A DNA stretch of 64,000 nt. Origin: Candidatus Izemoplasmatales bacterium (GTDB lineage Bacteria > Bacillota_I > Bacilli_A > Izemoplasmatales > Hujiaoplasmataceae). Shown piece by piece: positions 11,401 through 21,952 of this stretch (positions are counted from its first letter, which is position 1; each line of letters starts with the position of its first letter). The DNA is taken from positions 224,001 to 288,000 of the forward strand of contig JBMNEZ010000001.1 in the NCBI GenBank assembly GCA_050949045.1, given 5' to 3'. Both the position numbers and the translations under genes were made by a program. The notes under the pieces were generated by a model. It saw nothing but the letters and a program-made list of their open reading frames with translations, was not told where the DNA came from and ran no database searches.

Positions 11401-12899
11401 TTTCCGGCGATTATCAGAGTGTTGTCCATGAGTATATCCGCAAACTATTTGGCCAAAACTACGCTTTCCGGGCCGGAACGATCGGCACATGCGCCGCCAA
11501 GACCGCTTTTGCGATGGTCAGGGATCATTTCGAAAAAATCAATGAGGAGCGGGAAAAACAGAATTTGCCGGCGATTCGTGTCCGTAGAGCGGAAATGGAA
11601 CGGCTTGCCAACGGGATTGTCGGTTCAAAGAGGACTAGCGGTCAACATCCCGGCGGCATCGTGGTCGTTCCTTCCGATAGAGAAATTTATGACATCACTC
11701 CGGTCCAATATCCCGGAGATTCAACCGATACTTCCTGGCGGACGACCCATTATGACTACCATACTTTTGAGGACAATTTGTTCAAACTCGATGTTCTCGG
11801 ACATGACGATCCGACGATGATCAAGTACTTGATGGAATTTGTCAAACGCGATCCCCTTGATTTCCCCTTTTCGGATCCGAAAGAGATTCCCGTCGATGAT
11901 CGCGAGGTTTACAAGTTGCTTTCGGGAACAGAAGTCATCAACTTGACGCCTGAGGACCTCAATTCTGAGGTTGCCTCATTCGGCATCCCTGAATTCGGCA
12001 CTAATTTTGTCAGGTCAATGTTGAGGGATTCGCGCCCCCAGAGTTTTTCTGAACTAGTCAAGATATCCGGCCTCAGCCACGGTACCGACGTTTGGGCCGG
12101 CAATGCTCAAGACCTGATCACGAACCGGCGTCGCGAATTCGGCAGGATCGATTTCAAGGATATCATCGGCTGTCGCGACGATATCATGGTGGATCTGATA
12201 AACTATGGGATGCAGCCGATGATGGCTTTTGAGATCATGGAATTCGTCCGTAGGGGCAAAGCACCGGTAAATCCCGAAAAATGGGGAACTTACGCTGATC
12301 TTATGAGACAGTGTAATGTCCCTGAATGGTATATCTGGTCCTGCAGTAAAATCAAATACATGTTTCCAAAAGCCCATGCGACCGCATATGTGCTGATGGC
12401 AATGCGGATCGCCTGGTTCAAACTGTACAAGCCAATCTATTTCTACTCCGGCTATTTTTCAAAACGCTCTGATTCCTTTGATGTCGACGCTTTCTATCAA
12501 GGTGAGGAAGGCATCAAGCGGAGAATGGAAGAAATCAGCGATAAGGGCACGGCTGCGACCGACAAAGAAAAGAACTTATTGACAGTGCTTGAACTGGCGT
12601 ATGAGATGTATAAACGGGGATTTTCTTTCCGCCCGATTGATATCAATCGTTCGCATGCGGTCGATTTTCTAGTTGAACCAGACAAAAAGTCGCTGTTGTT
12701 GCCGTTCATCGTTGTCGACTCCCTTGGATTGACCTGCGCCAATTCGATTGTTGAGGCGCGCTCGGAAAAACCGTTCATTTCCAAGCAGGATATCAAGACG
12801 AGGACAAAACTGACAAAAACGTTGTTTGACCGGCTTGAGGATCTCGGGGTTTTCGACGGAATGATTGAAAATGACCAAATCTCATTGTTCGATCTTTAA
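8430..12899 (+). CDS. polC: DNA polymerase III PolC-type
   Basis: PHP motif ELHLHTKMS/TDHG, exonuclease DIETTGL, GSRGSVGSS, PDIDLNFSG, KIKYMFPKAHA. Confidence 0.98.
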   Translation: MNGNLRKLLDTINVKDDVILEYGLMDEIEVDPIQNTWLFSFVFERPIPIIRYRNFINHLRELPKIIESVEHVAYRIVFQTISDQDLLDYYQYVIDVLIDEDKRYLPLRDYQTDIENGCIKIMVPPGARTASMFRKDIEAELEHNGFATTVRIEVDDKLKPIEQVIDLANENFVQSHQGIQSQVVIRYEQLYEDRPVDNDFQPIGKIPIDEIEYEEYRAKNANKANFNIKGRIVTFEIRDGKNNAECNIILTDGDDSVSVKKRLSSKEERNFCLSLREGLGLMVSGYAQYNSYYGEVIINAISMAKSNVPLPKTTRVDDSKEKRIELHLHTKMSALDGVNTIDEYVERAALWGHKAIALTDHGSVQSFPDLFKLAKKGLIKALYGLELVFVNDEEITVTRGKTEQMLRDATYVIFDIETTGLSVLYDTLIEIGAVKIKGETIIGEFSSLIDPKKPLSKFTTEFTGITEQMVKGQPTVDAVLRDFYNFSKDAILVAHNADFDLGHIYYNYAEYGITDEIQPSIDTLTLAKILYPDKNSYSLERVCRFLKVRLTEHHRAINDAKATTEVFLHMLKRLKKEGINRFQDINLLIDPKEVYKYPYPKHINLLVKKQEGLKNLYKILSQALTMYYDRDGKILKTVLDKYRKGLLVSSGCRNSAFFEIAMTKTRKELKKAAAYYDFLEVQPPSTFSYLKESMPEWQNVIQDVIRRIVEVGRELNIPVCATGDCHHLDPEDKKYREIMINTPLVGGGFHQLHGESEKPSQHFFTTQEMLDEFSFLGDDIADEIVVKNTNMIADSIDEIIIFPSELYAPTDESLANFGVPSIKIKVETMVCERAERIYGNPLPPIVKNRLDKELTSIIENHYSPIYYISHLLVKKSLDDGYLVGSRGSVGSSLVATLMDITEVNPLPPHYVCPKCRFSAFKKTEEERKLFGTSDFETKIQQLLERTDCGWDLPVQTCPVCGSSLLKDGHDIPFETFLGFEGKKVPDIDLNFSGDYQSVVHEYIRKLFGQNYAFRAGTIGTCAAKTAFAMVRDHFEKINEEREKQNLPAIRVRRAEMERLANGIVGSKRTSGQHPGGIVVVPSDREIYDITPVQYPGDSTDTSWRTTHYDYHTFEDNLFKLDVLGHDDPTMIKYLMEFVKRDPLDFPFSDPKEIPVDDREVYKLLSGTEVINLTPEDLNSEVASFGIPEFGTNFVRSMLRDSRPQSFSELVKISGLSHGTDVWAGNAQDLITNRRREFGRIDFKDIIGCRDDIMVDLINYGMQPMMAFEIMEFVRRGKAPVNPEKWGTYADLMRQCNVPEWYIWSCSKIKYMFPKAHATAYVLMAMRIAWFKLYKPIYFYSGYFSKRSDSFDVDAFYQGEEGIKRRMEEISDKGTAATDKEKNLLTVLELAYEMYKRGFSFRPIDINRSHAVDFLVEPDKKSLLLPFIVVDSLGLTCANSIVEARSEKPFISKQDIKTRTKLTKTLFDRLEDLGVFDGMIENDQISLFDL

Positions 12900-12976
12900 C
12901 TTTTACATTTTGTTTATCAAATTTTTACGATTTGTTTGTATAATATTAAGTAAGTAATTTTTTGGAGGGATATCAT

Positions 12977-13696
12977 ATGAGATCGTTTAGAAATACAAAT
13001 CCAGTAATCAATTCGGTTAAGACCGATTCGGTCGTTACCGATTATCAGGTTACATATGCAGGTGTAGCCATCAGAACTCTCTTTCTGATCGGTCTCGCGA
13101 TTTTTTCCGCATTCATGACAATCTATTATCTTGCCCCGATGGGCATGGATGTGTTCGCCGGCGTCATGATCACCGCTTTCATCGTTGGTTTCATCAGTGT
13201 GATCGTTGGGACGAGATCGGTTAGACTTGCGCCAATTTTCGCTATCCTCTATGCACTGAGCGAAGGCGCAATCCTTGGGTTTGTTTCTGCCGTGTATGCG
13301 TGGGTTTACAATGGCATCGTTCCCACCGCCATCATGACGACGGTGATTGTCCTCTTGGTGATGATGCTTCTCTATTCTACCGAAATTATCAAGGTCACAA
13401 GCCGGTTTGCCTCGATTATGCTCGTCGCTCTCATCTCGGTCATCGTTATGTCGATCATCCCATTGCTAATTCCGGGCATTGAGTATTCCGGTTTGTTCTT
13501 TTTGATCTGCATTGTCTCCGCAATCCTCAGTGCCTTGTTTTTGTTGCTTGATTTTGAGAGCATCAAGACCTGTGTCGAAGCGGGCACCGACGCGAAATAC
13601 GGCTGGGTGTTGTCGCTTGGGCTGATGGTGACTTTGGTTTGGCTTTATATTGAGATACTCAGGTTATTGGCAATTTTGGCAAGAAACCGGGAATAG
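12977..13696 (+). CDS. Bax inhibitor-1/YccA family membrane protein
   Basis: About 7 hydrophobic segments; LLLDF, GLMVTLVWLYIEILRLL C-terminal signature. Confidence 0.85.
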   Translation: MRSFRNTNPVINSVKTDSVVTDYQVTYAGVAIRTLFLIGLAIFSAFMTIYYLAPMGMDVFAGVMITAFIVGFISVIVGTRSVRLAPIFAILYALSEGAILGFVSAVYAWVYNGIVPTAIMTTVIVLLVMMLLYSTEIIKVTSRFASIMLVALISVIVMSIIPLLIPGIEYSGLFFLICIVSAILSALFLLLDFESIKTCVEAGTDAKYGWVLSLGLMVTLVWLYIEILRLLAILARNRE

Positions 13697-13736
13697 ATTG
13701 CGGAACTTGAAAATAATGGTATAATTAATCTATCAT

Positions 13737-13950
13737 AAAACGACGAAGAAGGACCAGTACTCGGATATTCAACACCAAATAGAGACGGGCAGGTTGGTGG
13801 AATGCCCGGTTGGGGCCGACGAATTCACCTTTCGAGTGGGATCAATGCTCCCCGCAGGCAGGCGTTATCGGCATCAAGAGCCGGAACATTCCGGAACAAA
13901 GGTGGTACCGCGGTTATTCAATCGCCCTTTTTAGGGCGATTTTCTTTTAT
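13737..13950 (+). ncRNA. T-box riboswitch (Phe)
   Basis: Specifier TTC at 13824, T-box AAGGTGGTACCGCG 13899-13912, terminator AATCGCCCT...AGGGCGATTTT; TATAAT upstream at ~13720. Confidence 0.93.
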
Positions 13951-13964
13951 CGGGAGGAAAAGCT

Positions 13965-14987
13965 ATGAACGAACTGAATGAACTTATCAAGACAATCGAG
14001 ATCAAAATCGAAAATACCCATAATCTCAGGGAGCTTGCGGAACTCAAAGCCCAGTTTCTTGGCAAAAAAAGCCCAATCTCTGCTTTGATGCAAAAAATGC
14101 GCGAGCTTTCCGACGAGGAGCGACGCGCACTCGGCAGGGAAGTCAACCTTGTAAAAACTAAGGCGGAAACATTGTTCGAAGAAAAAAGAATCATTTTGGA
14201 AAATGCCGAGATCCAGAAGAAACTGGAAAACGAAGCTGTTGATGTCACACTTCCTGGAAGGAAAATGAGCCTTGGAGCCAAGCATCTTTTGAGCCAGGTC
14301 ATTGAAGAATTCGAGGATTTATTTGTCGGAATGGGATATACGGTTGAAGAAGGGCCGGAAGTCGAACTTGACAAGTACAATTTCGAAATGCTGAATCTTC
14401 CCAAGGATCATCCAGCAAGGGATATGCAGGACTCTTTCTACATATCCGAAGACCTGCTTTTGAGAACCCATACTTCACCTGTACAAGTCAGGACGATGCT
14501 TAAGAACAAGGAACAAAAACCATTCAAGATTATCTGCCCAGGAAAGGTATATCGTAACGACGATGATGATCCGACCCATAGCCACCAGTTCACGCAGATC
14601 GAGGCGCTCGTGGTCGATCATAATGTGACGCTCGCCGATCTCAAGGGAACACTGCTCATCATCGCGAGAAGAATGTTCGGCGAGAATCGGCAGATCAGGC
14701 TCCGCCCGTCATTCTTCCCGTTCACGGAGCCGAGTGTCGAAGTCGATATTTCTTGCCATCGTTGCGATGGCGTGGGTTGCTCTTTATGTAAGGGGACCGG
14801 CTGGATCGAGATTCTCGGCGCAGGCATGGTCAACAACAACGTCTTGAAAGCCGCCGGTTACGATCCCGACGTCTTTCAAGGTTTCGCTCTGGGAATGGGG
14901 GTCGAACGCATCGCCATGCTTAAGTATGGGGTTGACGATATCAGACTCTTCTTTACTAACGACCTGAGATTCAACAGGCAGTTTTGA
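13965..14987 (+). CDS. pheS: Phenylalanine--tRNA ligase alpha subunit
   Basis: [34 protein letters not shown]. Confidence 0.98.
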   Translation: MNELNELIKTIEIKIENTHNLRELAELKAQFLGKKSPISALMQKMRELSDEERRALGREVNLVKTKAETLFEEKRIILENAEIQKKLENEAVDVTLPGRKMSLGAKHLLSQVIEEFEDLFVGMGYTVEEGPEVELDKYNFEMLNLPKDHPARDMQDSFYISEDLLLRTHTSPVQVRTMLKNKEQKPFKIICPGKVYRNDDDDPTHSHQFTQIEALVVDHNVTLADLKGTLLIIARRMFGENRQIRLRPSFFPFTEPSVEVDISCHRCDGVGCSLCKGTGWIEILGAGMVNNNVLKAAGYDPDVFQGFALGMGVERIAMLKYGVDDIRLFFTNDLRFNRQF

Positions 14988-15002
14988 GGGAAGGTGGATG
15001 AG

Positions 15003-17363
15003 ATGAAGGTATCATTGAATTGGCTTAGGGAGTTAATCGATATCAACCTTGATTATTATGAACTTGAACAGTGTTTCAATCTTAAAAGTGCCGAGGTAGC
15101 TGGTTTGTATCCGCTCACCCAAGCGACGAATCTCACCGTTGGCCTGGTTTTATCGTGTGAAAAACATCCGAATGCGGACACGCTGTCGGTATGCCTGGTA
15201 GATGTCGGTAAACAAAAACTACAGATCGTTTGCGGCGCGCCCAATGTCCGCAAGGATCAGAAAGTTATCGTCGCCCTTGTGGGGTCAATTCTTGCCGGCG
15301 GTTTGAAAATCAAAAAAGCCAAGATCCGCGGAATTGAATCGAACGGCATGATTTGTTCTCTCGATGAACTTGGGATTGATCACAAATACCACCAAGAGAA
15401 TGGCATCCATGTGCTTCCAGACGACGCTCCGATCGGAGCCAATCCGCTTGAAATCTTGCATTTTGATGACTATGTCCTCGAGCTTGATCTGACGCCAAAC
15501 CGTGCCGATTTACTTTCGGTCATCGGTGTCGGATACGATGTCGCCGCCATGACCGGTCGCAAACTTCGCCTTCCGGAAACGGATTTTGAGACTGTTGATG
15601 ACAAAAATCCAATCAGTGTCATCACCGAGACCCCCGGTTGCATGTCCTATTACGGACAAACCATCAGAAACATCAAAGTTGCCAAAAGCCCCTATTGGCT
15701 CCAGGCGCGTTTGATTGCCTCCGGTATCCGCCCGATCAACAATGTTGTCGATATCACCAACTATGTGATGCTCGAATACGGCAATCCGCTCCATGCCTTC
15801 GATTATGACAAACTATCCTCTTCCCGGATAATCGTGCGGGATGCCCGTAAAAATGAGACGATCGTCACTCTGGACGGAAAAAGTCGCGTTCTAGACGTCG
15901 ATGACATGGTGATTACCAACGGCGACCAAGCGATTGCCATCGCCGGAGTGATGGGCGGAGAAAGCACAGAAGTCAGTCAAGACACGACGAGTCTTTTCCT
16001 TGAAGCGGCTACTTTTGATCCGATCCGTGTCAGAAAAACATCGAGAAAACTCGGTCTGCGTAGTGAATCCTCGCTCAGATTTGAGCGTGGTCTTGATCCA
16101 AAACAGACGCTTAAGGCCGCTAAAAGGGCAATGCGACTGCTTCAAGAACTTTGCGGTGGTGAAGTTTTGAGCGGTGTCAGCTATTTTGACACCAACAACC
16201 TCCAAGACCTCAAAATCACCATCAGTCTTGAAAAAATAGCGAAAACGATCGGCATTTCGATTTCACCGCGGGATATCGATGAGATTTGGTCTCGGCTCGG
16301 TTTTCCCTATTCTTTCCATGGCCAGGAGTACACCGTCACAGTTCCCTCTCGCCGTCAGGATATCAGAACTTATCAGGACTTGATCGAGGAAATCGTCCGT
16401 TTATACGGGTATGACAAAATACCCATGACCTATCCGAAAACACCTACTAACGGATATCTGTCAAAGAAGCAACATGATATCCGCAAGTTGAGGAACATTA
16501 TGGTTTCGCAAGGATTTGATGAAACGATCACCTATTCGCTGGTTGCCCCGGACAAGGCAGTTATGTTCGATCTTGTCGAGGAGAAGCCGATATCATTGCT
16601 CAATCCGTTATCCGAGGAAAGGGCTTGTTTGAGGCATTCGCTGCTTCCTTCACTGATCAGTGTCGCAAGTTATAATCTTGCCCGAAACATCGAGGATCTG
16701 TCCCTCTTTGAGATCGGGAAGAGTTACCGTTTCGACAATGAGGATACATTGTGGTCGGGCATCGCCCTTGGCAAACACCGGCCCTCTTTCTGGCAGGGGA
16801 TAGCGGACAAAACCGATTTCTTTCTTGTAAAAGGCGTTGTTGAGGCGGCGATTCTGGCTCTTGGTTATCATGATGTGGTGTTCATTCGTAAGCAAGAGTT
16901 CAAGAACCTTCATCCCGGAATATCGGCTTCAATCGTTGTGAACGGCAAAGAAATAGGTCATTTGGGAAGACTCCACCCCGAGATTGAACATCAGGAGGAA
17001 TTGCCGGAGACTTACGTGTTCGAAATCAATCTTTCCCAGCTTTTAAGTTTTGAGCGGAATCCAATATCGATGCATCCTCTTTCCCGCTTTCCCGCAGTCT
17101 CAAGAGACCTTGCTTTCGTGGTAGACGATCAAGTTGAGGCTTCCGCGCTGATCGACACAATCAAAAGCGCCAATATCGCCTCTTTGCGCCAAGTTGTTGT
17201 CTTTGACGTTTATCGTGGCGACAATCTTCCCAAAGGCCAAAAATCCTTAGCGGTGAACCTGATTTTTCAACTTGATGACAGGACTCTGGCTTTGGAAGAA
17301 GTTGACGGTTTTGTGGCCAAAATTCTCAAGAAAGCCGATGCTGTCGGCGCAAGACTAAGATAA
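15003..17363 (+). CDS. pheT: Phenylalanine--tRNA ligase beta subunit
   Basis: MKVSLNWL, IVCGAPN, LTPNRAD, INNVVDITNYV, DLIEEI, FDX-ACB C-terminus. Confidence 0.98.
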   Translation: MKVSLNWLRELIDINLDYYELEQCFNLKSAEVAGLYPLTQATNLTVGLVLSCEKHPNADTLSVCLVDVGKQKLQIVCGAPNVRKDQKVIVALVGSILAGGLKIKKAKIRGIESNGMICSLDELGIDHKYHQENGIHVLPDDAPIGANPLEILHFDDYVLELDLTPNRADLLSVIGVGYDVAAMTGRKLRLPETDFETVDDKNPISVITETPGCMSYYGQTIRNIKVAKSPYWLQARLIASGIRPINNVVDITNYVMLEYGNPLHAFDYDKLSSSRIIVRDARKNETIVTLDGKSRVLDVDDMVITNGDQAIAIAGVMGGESTEVSQDTTSLFLEAATFDPIRVRKTSRKLGLRSESSLRFERGLDPKQTLKAAKRAMRLLQELCGGEVLSGVSYFDTNNLQDLKITISLEKIAKTIGISISPRDIDEIWSRLGFPYSFHGQEYTVTVPSRRQDIRTYQDLIEEIVRLYGYDKIPMTYPKTPTNGYLSKKQHDIRKLRNIMVSQGFDETITYSLVAPDKAVMFDLVEEKPISLLNPLSEERACLRHSLLPSLISVASYNLARNIEDLSLFEIGKSYRFDNEDTLWSGIALGKHRPSFWQGIADKTDFFLVKGVVEAAILALGYHDVVFIRKQEFKNLHPGISASIVVNGKEIGHLGRLHPEIEHQEELPETYVFEINLSQLLSFERNPISMHPLSRFPAVSRDLAFVVDDQVEASALIDTIKSANIASLRQVVVFDVYRGDNLPKGQKSLAVNLIFQLDDRTLALEEVDGFVAKILKKADAVGARLR

Positions 17364-17370
17364 CGCGAGT

Positions 17371-17401
17371 AAAAGCCAGACTTCATTGACTGGCTTTTTT
17401 T
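17371..17401 (+). terminator. Intrinsic terminator after pheT
   Basis: AAAAGCCAG...CTGGCTTTTTTT. Confidence 0.85.
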
Positions 17402-17530
17402 GAAGCGATTTTTAACTGATATTTAGCGCTAATGTTAACACATTTATTAAAGGTATAGAAACATAATAAGCATCATGATATAATTTGTATGTAAGTGGGA
17501 TTTGAGAATGATGTTCGGGGAGGAATATTC

Positions 17531-18445
17531 TTGGAAACAGTGATTGAAGTCAAGGGTTTGGTCAAATATTACGGCAATGTCCACGCTGTCAAAGGGATTG
17601 ACTTCTATGTGGAAAAAGGAAAGATGTTCGCTTTTCTCGGACCCAACGGTGCCGGCAAGACAACAACCATCAACATCATTTGCACGTTGCTCTCGATGAA
17701 CGAGGGCGCCGTTACGGTCAACGGCTACTCAGTCGGAGTCGACGATGGCCGGATCCGGGACAACATCGGCATTGTTTTCCAAAGCGGGGTTCTCGATAAG
17801 TTCTTGAGCGTCAGGGAAAACCTGATGATGCGCGGCAGTTTTTATCATAAGCGCAAGGATGAACTTGTCAAAGCCGTTGATGAAGCGCTTGAGATAACCA
17901 AGATCACCGATATCGCCGACCGTCGTTACGGAACTTTGTCGGGCGGTCAAAAGAGGCGATCCGATATTGCAAGGGCGCTCGTCCACAGGCCGAAGATCCT
18001 TTTTCTGGACGAACCCACCACTGGGCTGGATCCGCAGACGCGGAAGAATGTCTGGAATACGCTCCGGCAACTGCAAAAAGACACGCAGATGACAGTGTTT
18101 CTCACGACTCATTACATGGAAGAGGCCGATGAAGCAGACTATGTCGTCATCATTGATGACGGGTTGATTGTCGCAAGGGGAACGCCGATGGAGCTGAAGG
18201 ATAAATACTCTGACGACAAGTTACAGCTAAAACCGCGCGACATCGGTAAAGTCGCTGCCATTCTTGAGGCAAACGGAATCGAATATGAACGAAGAAGCGA
18301 TCTTTTGATTTGCAGATTGGAAAGCACGTTGGCCTCGGTTGGGATCATCAATCTCCTTGAAGGCGAACTCGAATCCTTCCAGGTTTTGAACGGGACTTTG
18401 GACGATGCTTTCATCAATATTACCGGAAAGGAGATCAGAGAATGA
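17531..18445 (+). CDS. ABC-2 type exporter ATP-binding protein
   Basis: GPNGAGKTT, LSGGQ, LDEPTTGLDP, TTHYMEEA. Confidence 0.93.
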   Translation: METVIEVKGLVKYYGNVHAVKGIDFYVEKGKMFAFLGPNGAGKTTTINIICTLLSMNEGAVTVNGYSVGVDDGRIRDNIGIVFQSGVLDKFLSVRENLMMRGSFYHKRKDELVKAVDEALEITKITDIADRRYGTLSGGQKRRSDIARALVHRPKILFLDEPTTGLDPQTRKNVWNTLRQLQKDTQMTVFLTTHYMEEADEADYVVIIDDGLIVARGTPMELKDKYSDDKLQLKPRDIGKVAAILEANGIEYERRSDLLICRLESTLASVGIINLLEGELESFQVLNGTLDDAFINITGKEIRE

Positions 18446-19299
18446 TCGGTTATCTAATCAAGCGCAATCTCAAGATCTTTTTTCGCGACAGGGCAGCTGT
18501 CTTTTTCTCCCTGCTCGGCGTTTTGATTATCATCGGTCTCTATGTACTATTTCTTGGGGATATGGTTTCAACGGGTATCAGCCAAATCCCCGCAATTGGT
18601 GATTCCGGCAGATTCATGATGGATTCATGGATCATGTCCGGAGTGGTCGCCTCCGCCTCGATCACGACTTGCATGGGAGCGTTCGGCATCATGATCGATG
18701 ACAATGCCAACCATATCATCAGAGACTTTAAAGTCAGCCCGATCAAAAACTGGCAGATGGTCCTTGGCTACATTATCAGTTCGATACTGATCGGTATCTT
18801 GATGAGCCTGATCACGTTCATTTTTGCGGAAGTATACATTGTCATCTACGGTGGCGAAATCGTATCTTTCTTCGCTATGCTCAAGTTATTGGGATTCATC
18901 ATCTTGTCTGTCAGTTCTTCAAGCGCACTTGTCTTTTTTATCGTCACATTGATCAAGAGCCAGAATGCTTTTGGCACCGCTTCGACGATCTTGGGGACCC
19001 TGATCGGCTTTTTAACCGGCGTCTATATCCCGATCGGCGCGCTGCCGAGCGCGGTTCAAACCGTCATCAAAATCTTCCCGGTTTCCCACTCTGCTGTGTT
19101 GCTCAGGCAAACGATGATGAATGAAGTCGTCAATCTGGACAACCTTCCCCAAGAGTTTCTTACGGAGCTGGGAATTAAGTATGTCGTATTTGACAAAATA
19201 TTTCCGGTTTGGGGACACATTCTCGTTTTGATTCTGTCGATGGTGCTCTTCTACGGACTGGCAATTCTGGTGGTTTCCAGAAAGAAAGCGATCGTCTGA
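18442..19299 (+). CDS. ABC-2 type exporter permease
   Basis: About 6 TM segments, ATGA overlap with the ATPase gene. Confidence 0.9.
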   Translation: MIGYLIKRNLKIFFRDRAAVFFSLLGVLIIIGLYVLFLGDMVSTGISQIPAIGDSGRFMMDSWIMSGVVASASITTCMGAFGIMIDDNANHIIRDFKVSPIKNWQMVLGYIISSILIGILMSLITFIFAEVYIVIYGGEIVSFFAMLKLLGFIILSVSSSSALVFFIVTLIKSQNAFGTASTILGTLIGFLTGVYIPIGALPSAVQTVIKIFPVSHSAVLLRQTMMNEVVNLDNLPQEFLTELGIKYVVFDKIFPVWGHILVLILSMVLFYGLAILVVSRKKAIV

Positions 19300-19304
19300 G
19301 ACAT

Positions 19305-20339
19305 ATGGCGGGTGAAATCGTTGATTTCTTCGGCTTGACCTTGCCTGAGTTAGTGGCATTCCTCGTTGAGAACGGCTTCAAACCATATAATGCAGGCCAA
19401 ATCTACGACTGGGTTTATCAGAAGAAAACCAGAAATATCGAGAAGATGTCGAATCTGTCGAAAGCGTTGCGGGCCTTTCTCCCCGGAAAGTTTTCTTTTG
19501 CGGTGCCATCGGCCGCCGAGGAGCATATCTCCGGTGATGGGACCACCAAGTATCTCTTGTCGCTTCAAGACGGCAATCTGATTGAGACGGTCTTATTGCG
19601 CCACAACTATGGCAACAGCCTATGCGTGACCAGTCAGGTCGGCTGCAACATGGGTTGCACTTTTTGCGCTTCCGGCCTTAAAAAGAGGATCAGGAATCTT
19701 TCCGCTTCCGAACTTGTCGGCCAGATCATCGCGGTGGAGAGCCATACCGGCTTTAAAATTTCCCATGTCGTTGTCATGGGTACGGGAGAACCCTTTGACA
19801 ACTATGAAAATGTCATCAAGTTCATCAGGATCATCAACGAAAACAAAGGGCTCGCGATCGGTCAAAGGCATATCACCGTCTCGACCTGCGGGATCGTCCC
19901 GATGATTTTGAGATACGCCGATGAACCGATCAGAAGCAATTTGGCAATCAGTTTGCATGCGCCGAACGACAAGCTCAGGTCGAGATTGATGCCGATCAAC
20001 CGCAAGTATCCGCTTTCGGAACTGATCCACGCCTGTGAAACTTACTTTGCCAAGACATCGCGGAGGGTCACCTATGAGTACATCTTGCTTGAAGGTGAGA
20101 ATGATACAGATGCCCATGCCACGGAACTGGCGAATTTGCTTAAAGAGCAGAACTGCTATGTCAACCTCATCCCCTACAACCAGGTAAGCGAGTTTGATTT
20201 CAAACCTACGGACATGGACCGGGCAATGCGATTCGTGGACATTTTGATGAAGCGAAGGATCAATGTCACCCTGCGCAAAGAACAAGGCTCGGACATCCAG
20301 GCTGCCTGCGGGCAGCTGAGACTGAAAAATCGGTCTTGA
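19305..20339 (+). CDS. rlmN: 23S rRNA m2A2503 radical-SAM methyltransferase
   Basis: SQVGCNMGCTFC, MGTGEP, AISLHA, DIQAACGQL. Confidence 0.95.
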   Translation: MAGEIVDFFGLTLPELVAFLVENGFKPYNAGQIYDWVYQKKTRNIEKMSNLSKALRAFLPGKFSFAVPSAAEEHISGDGTTKYLLSLQDGNLIETVLLRHNYGNSLCVTSQVGCNMGCTFCASGLKKRIRNLSASELVGQIIAVESHTGFKISHVVVMGTGEPFDNYENVIKFIRIINENKGLAIGQRHITVSTCGIVPMILRYADEPIRSNLAISLHAPNDKLRSRLMPINRKYPLSELIHACETYFAKTSRRVTYEYILLEGENDTDAHATELANLLKEQNCYVNLIPYNQVSEFDFKPTDMDRAMRFVDILMKRRINVTLRKEQGSDIQAACGQLRLKNRS

Positions 20340-20456
20340 AACCGTTTCTCCGGTTTGACTAAGCTATAAAGAAATGCTATACTAAAAAGCAGATTTTCCC
20401 TTATCCAAGGGTGCATGCTGCGATTGTGATAGAAAACAGTAATTAGGAGGATAGAT

Positions 20457-20999
20457 ATGGAACTGAAAGGATCAAAAACAGAAAAGAATCTGCTTGAGGC
20501 CTTTGCCGGCGAATCAATGGCGAGAAACAAGTACACTTTTTATGCCTCGGTGGCGAAGAAAGAAGGATATGTGCAAATCGCCGATTTCTTCCTTGAGACG
20601 GCTGAGAACGAAAAAGAGCACGCCAAAATTTGGTTCAAGTTGCTTCATGACGGCGGAATTCCGACGACCGAAATCAATCTCCAAGACGGAGCCGACGGCG
20701 AACACTACGAGTGGACCGACATGTATAAGCGCTTCGCCGAAGACGCCCGCCAGGAAGGCTTCACCAAGATCGCCATTCTGTTTGAGGGTGTGGCTGCTAT
20801 TGAAAGAGAACATGAAAAACGTTATCTTGCCTTGCTGGAGAGTTTGAAACAACAAAGAGTCTTTGAAGCAGAATCCAATTCTCAAGTTTGGATTTGTTCA
20901 AACTGCGGCCATCTCCACATTGGCAAAAAAGCACCGAAGACTTGCCCCGTCTGTGATCATCCACAAGCGTATTTCAAACGCCATGTTGAAAACTATTGA
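20457..20999 (+). CDS. rbr: Rubrerythrin
   Basis: [23 protein letters not shown] diiron motifs; C-terminal CSNCGH...CPVC rubredoxin domain; own promoter TTGACT/TATACT. Confidence 0.95.
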   Translation: MELKGSKTEKNLLEAFAGESMARNKYTFYASVAKKEGYVQIADFFLETAENEKEHAKIWFKLLHDGGIPTTEINLQDGADGEHYEWTDMYKRFAEDARQEGFTKIAILFEGVAAIEREHEKRYLALLESLKQQRVFEAESNSQVWICSNCGHLHIGKKAPKTCPVCDHPQAYFKRHVENY

Positions 21000-21072
21000 T
21001 CGAGAAGACGCAAGTCTTTTTTTTTTACGGGTTTTCCTGTATAATATAAGACACGATACAGGAGGATAAAGA

Positions 21073-21939
21073 TTGAAAAAAGGCAGGATCATCAAATTGA
21101 TCGGTGGTCTGTATACAGTCATCGACGCTGAGGAAAACCGCTATCTATTAAAACCCTTGGGGATATTCCGCTACCAGAACGAAAAGCCAAAAGTCGGTGA
21201 TTTTGTGACCTTTGACGCTGATTCGATCGTTGAGATTGATCAAAGGCAAAACGAACTCGTTCGACCCTCGATTGCCAATGTCGATCAAGTCTTGGTAGTG
21301 CAATCGGCCAAAGAACCCGATTTCAGTTTCACACTGCTTGACCGGTTCTTGGTTCTGATCGAGCATAGCGGCATCAAACCGGTAATCATTGTCACGAAGA
21401 CCGATTTGCTTTCTGATCAGGAAAGCCGTGAGCTTCGGGAAAAACTCGATTATTACACAAACGACTACGATGTTATCTTCTTTTCCGCTGTGTCAAAAGA
21501 GAACCTGGCCAAAATCATCCAGATTACAAGTGGCAAAGTCAACGTCCTTGCAGGACAGACCGGCACCGGGAAGAGCAGTTTGTTGAACACAATCGATGAA
21601 CGGTTGGATCTCGCAACAGATGAGATTTCCAAGGCTCTTGGCAGAGGCAAACACACAACCAGGCATGTCGAACTGATCCGCTTCCATCATGGTTGGATCG
21701 CCGACACCCCAGGTTTCTCAAGACTGGAGTTTCAAGACATCCCCCTAGAAAGCCTGCCATTGCTCTATCCCGACTTTCTTCGCTTGGCTGATCGCTGCAA
21801 GTTTAACGGTTGTTCGCACGTCCACGAACCAGACTGTGCTGTAGATGAAGCCTGTAAGCAAAAATTGATTCCCGCTGAGCGTTATGAAAACTATCTTCGT
21901 TTCCATGAGGAAATCAGGCTCCAAAAACCCAAATACTAA
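21073..21939 (+). CDS. rsgA: Small ribosomal subunit biogenesis GTPase
   Basis: Circularly permuted GTPase: TKTDL, GQTGTGKSS, GKHTTR, DTPGF, CKFNGCSHVHEPDC. Confidence 0.96.
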   Translation: MKKGRIIKLIGGLYTVIDAEENRYLLKPLGIFRYQNEKPKVGDFVTFDADSIVEIDQRQNELVRPSIANVDQVLVVQSAKEPDFSFTLLDRFLVLIEHSGIKPVIIVTKTDLLSDQESRELREKLDYYTNDYDVIFFSAVSKENLAKIIQITSGKVNVLAGQTGTGKSSLLNTIDERLDLATDEISKALGRGKHTTRHVELIRFHHGWIADTPGFSRLEFQDIPLESLPLLYPDFLRLADRCKFNGCSHVHEPDCAVDEACKQKLIPAERYENYLRFHEEIRLQKPKY

Positions 21940-21952
21940 AGGAGACGATATC

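Noticed and set aside
8430..12899. Intein or unusual insertion in PolC
   Set aside because: Length is near normal for PolC. Only short insertions near the zinc finger are seen, with no intein splice or homing endonuclease motifs.
17423..17432. TTAGCGCTAA palindrome upstream of the ABC exporter
   Set aside because: Only 10 bp, single copy, no adjacent regulator; could be chance.
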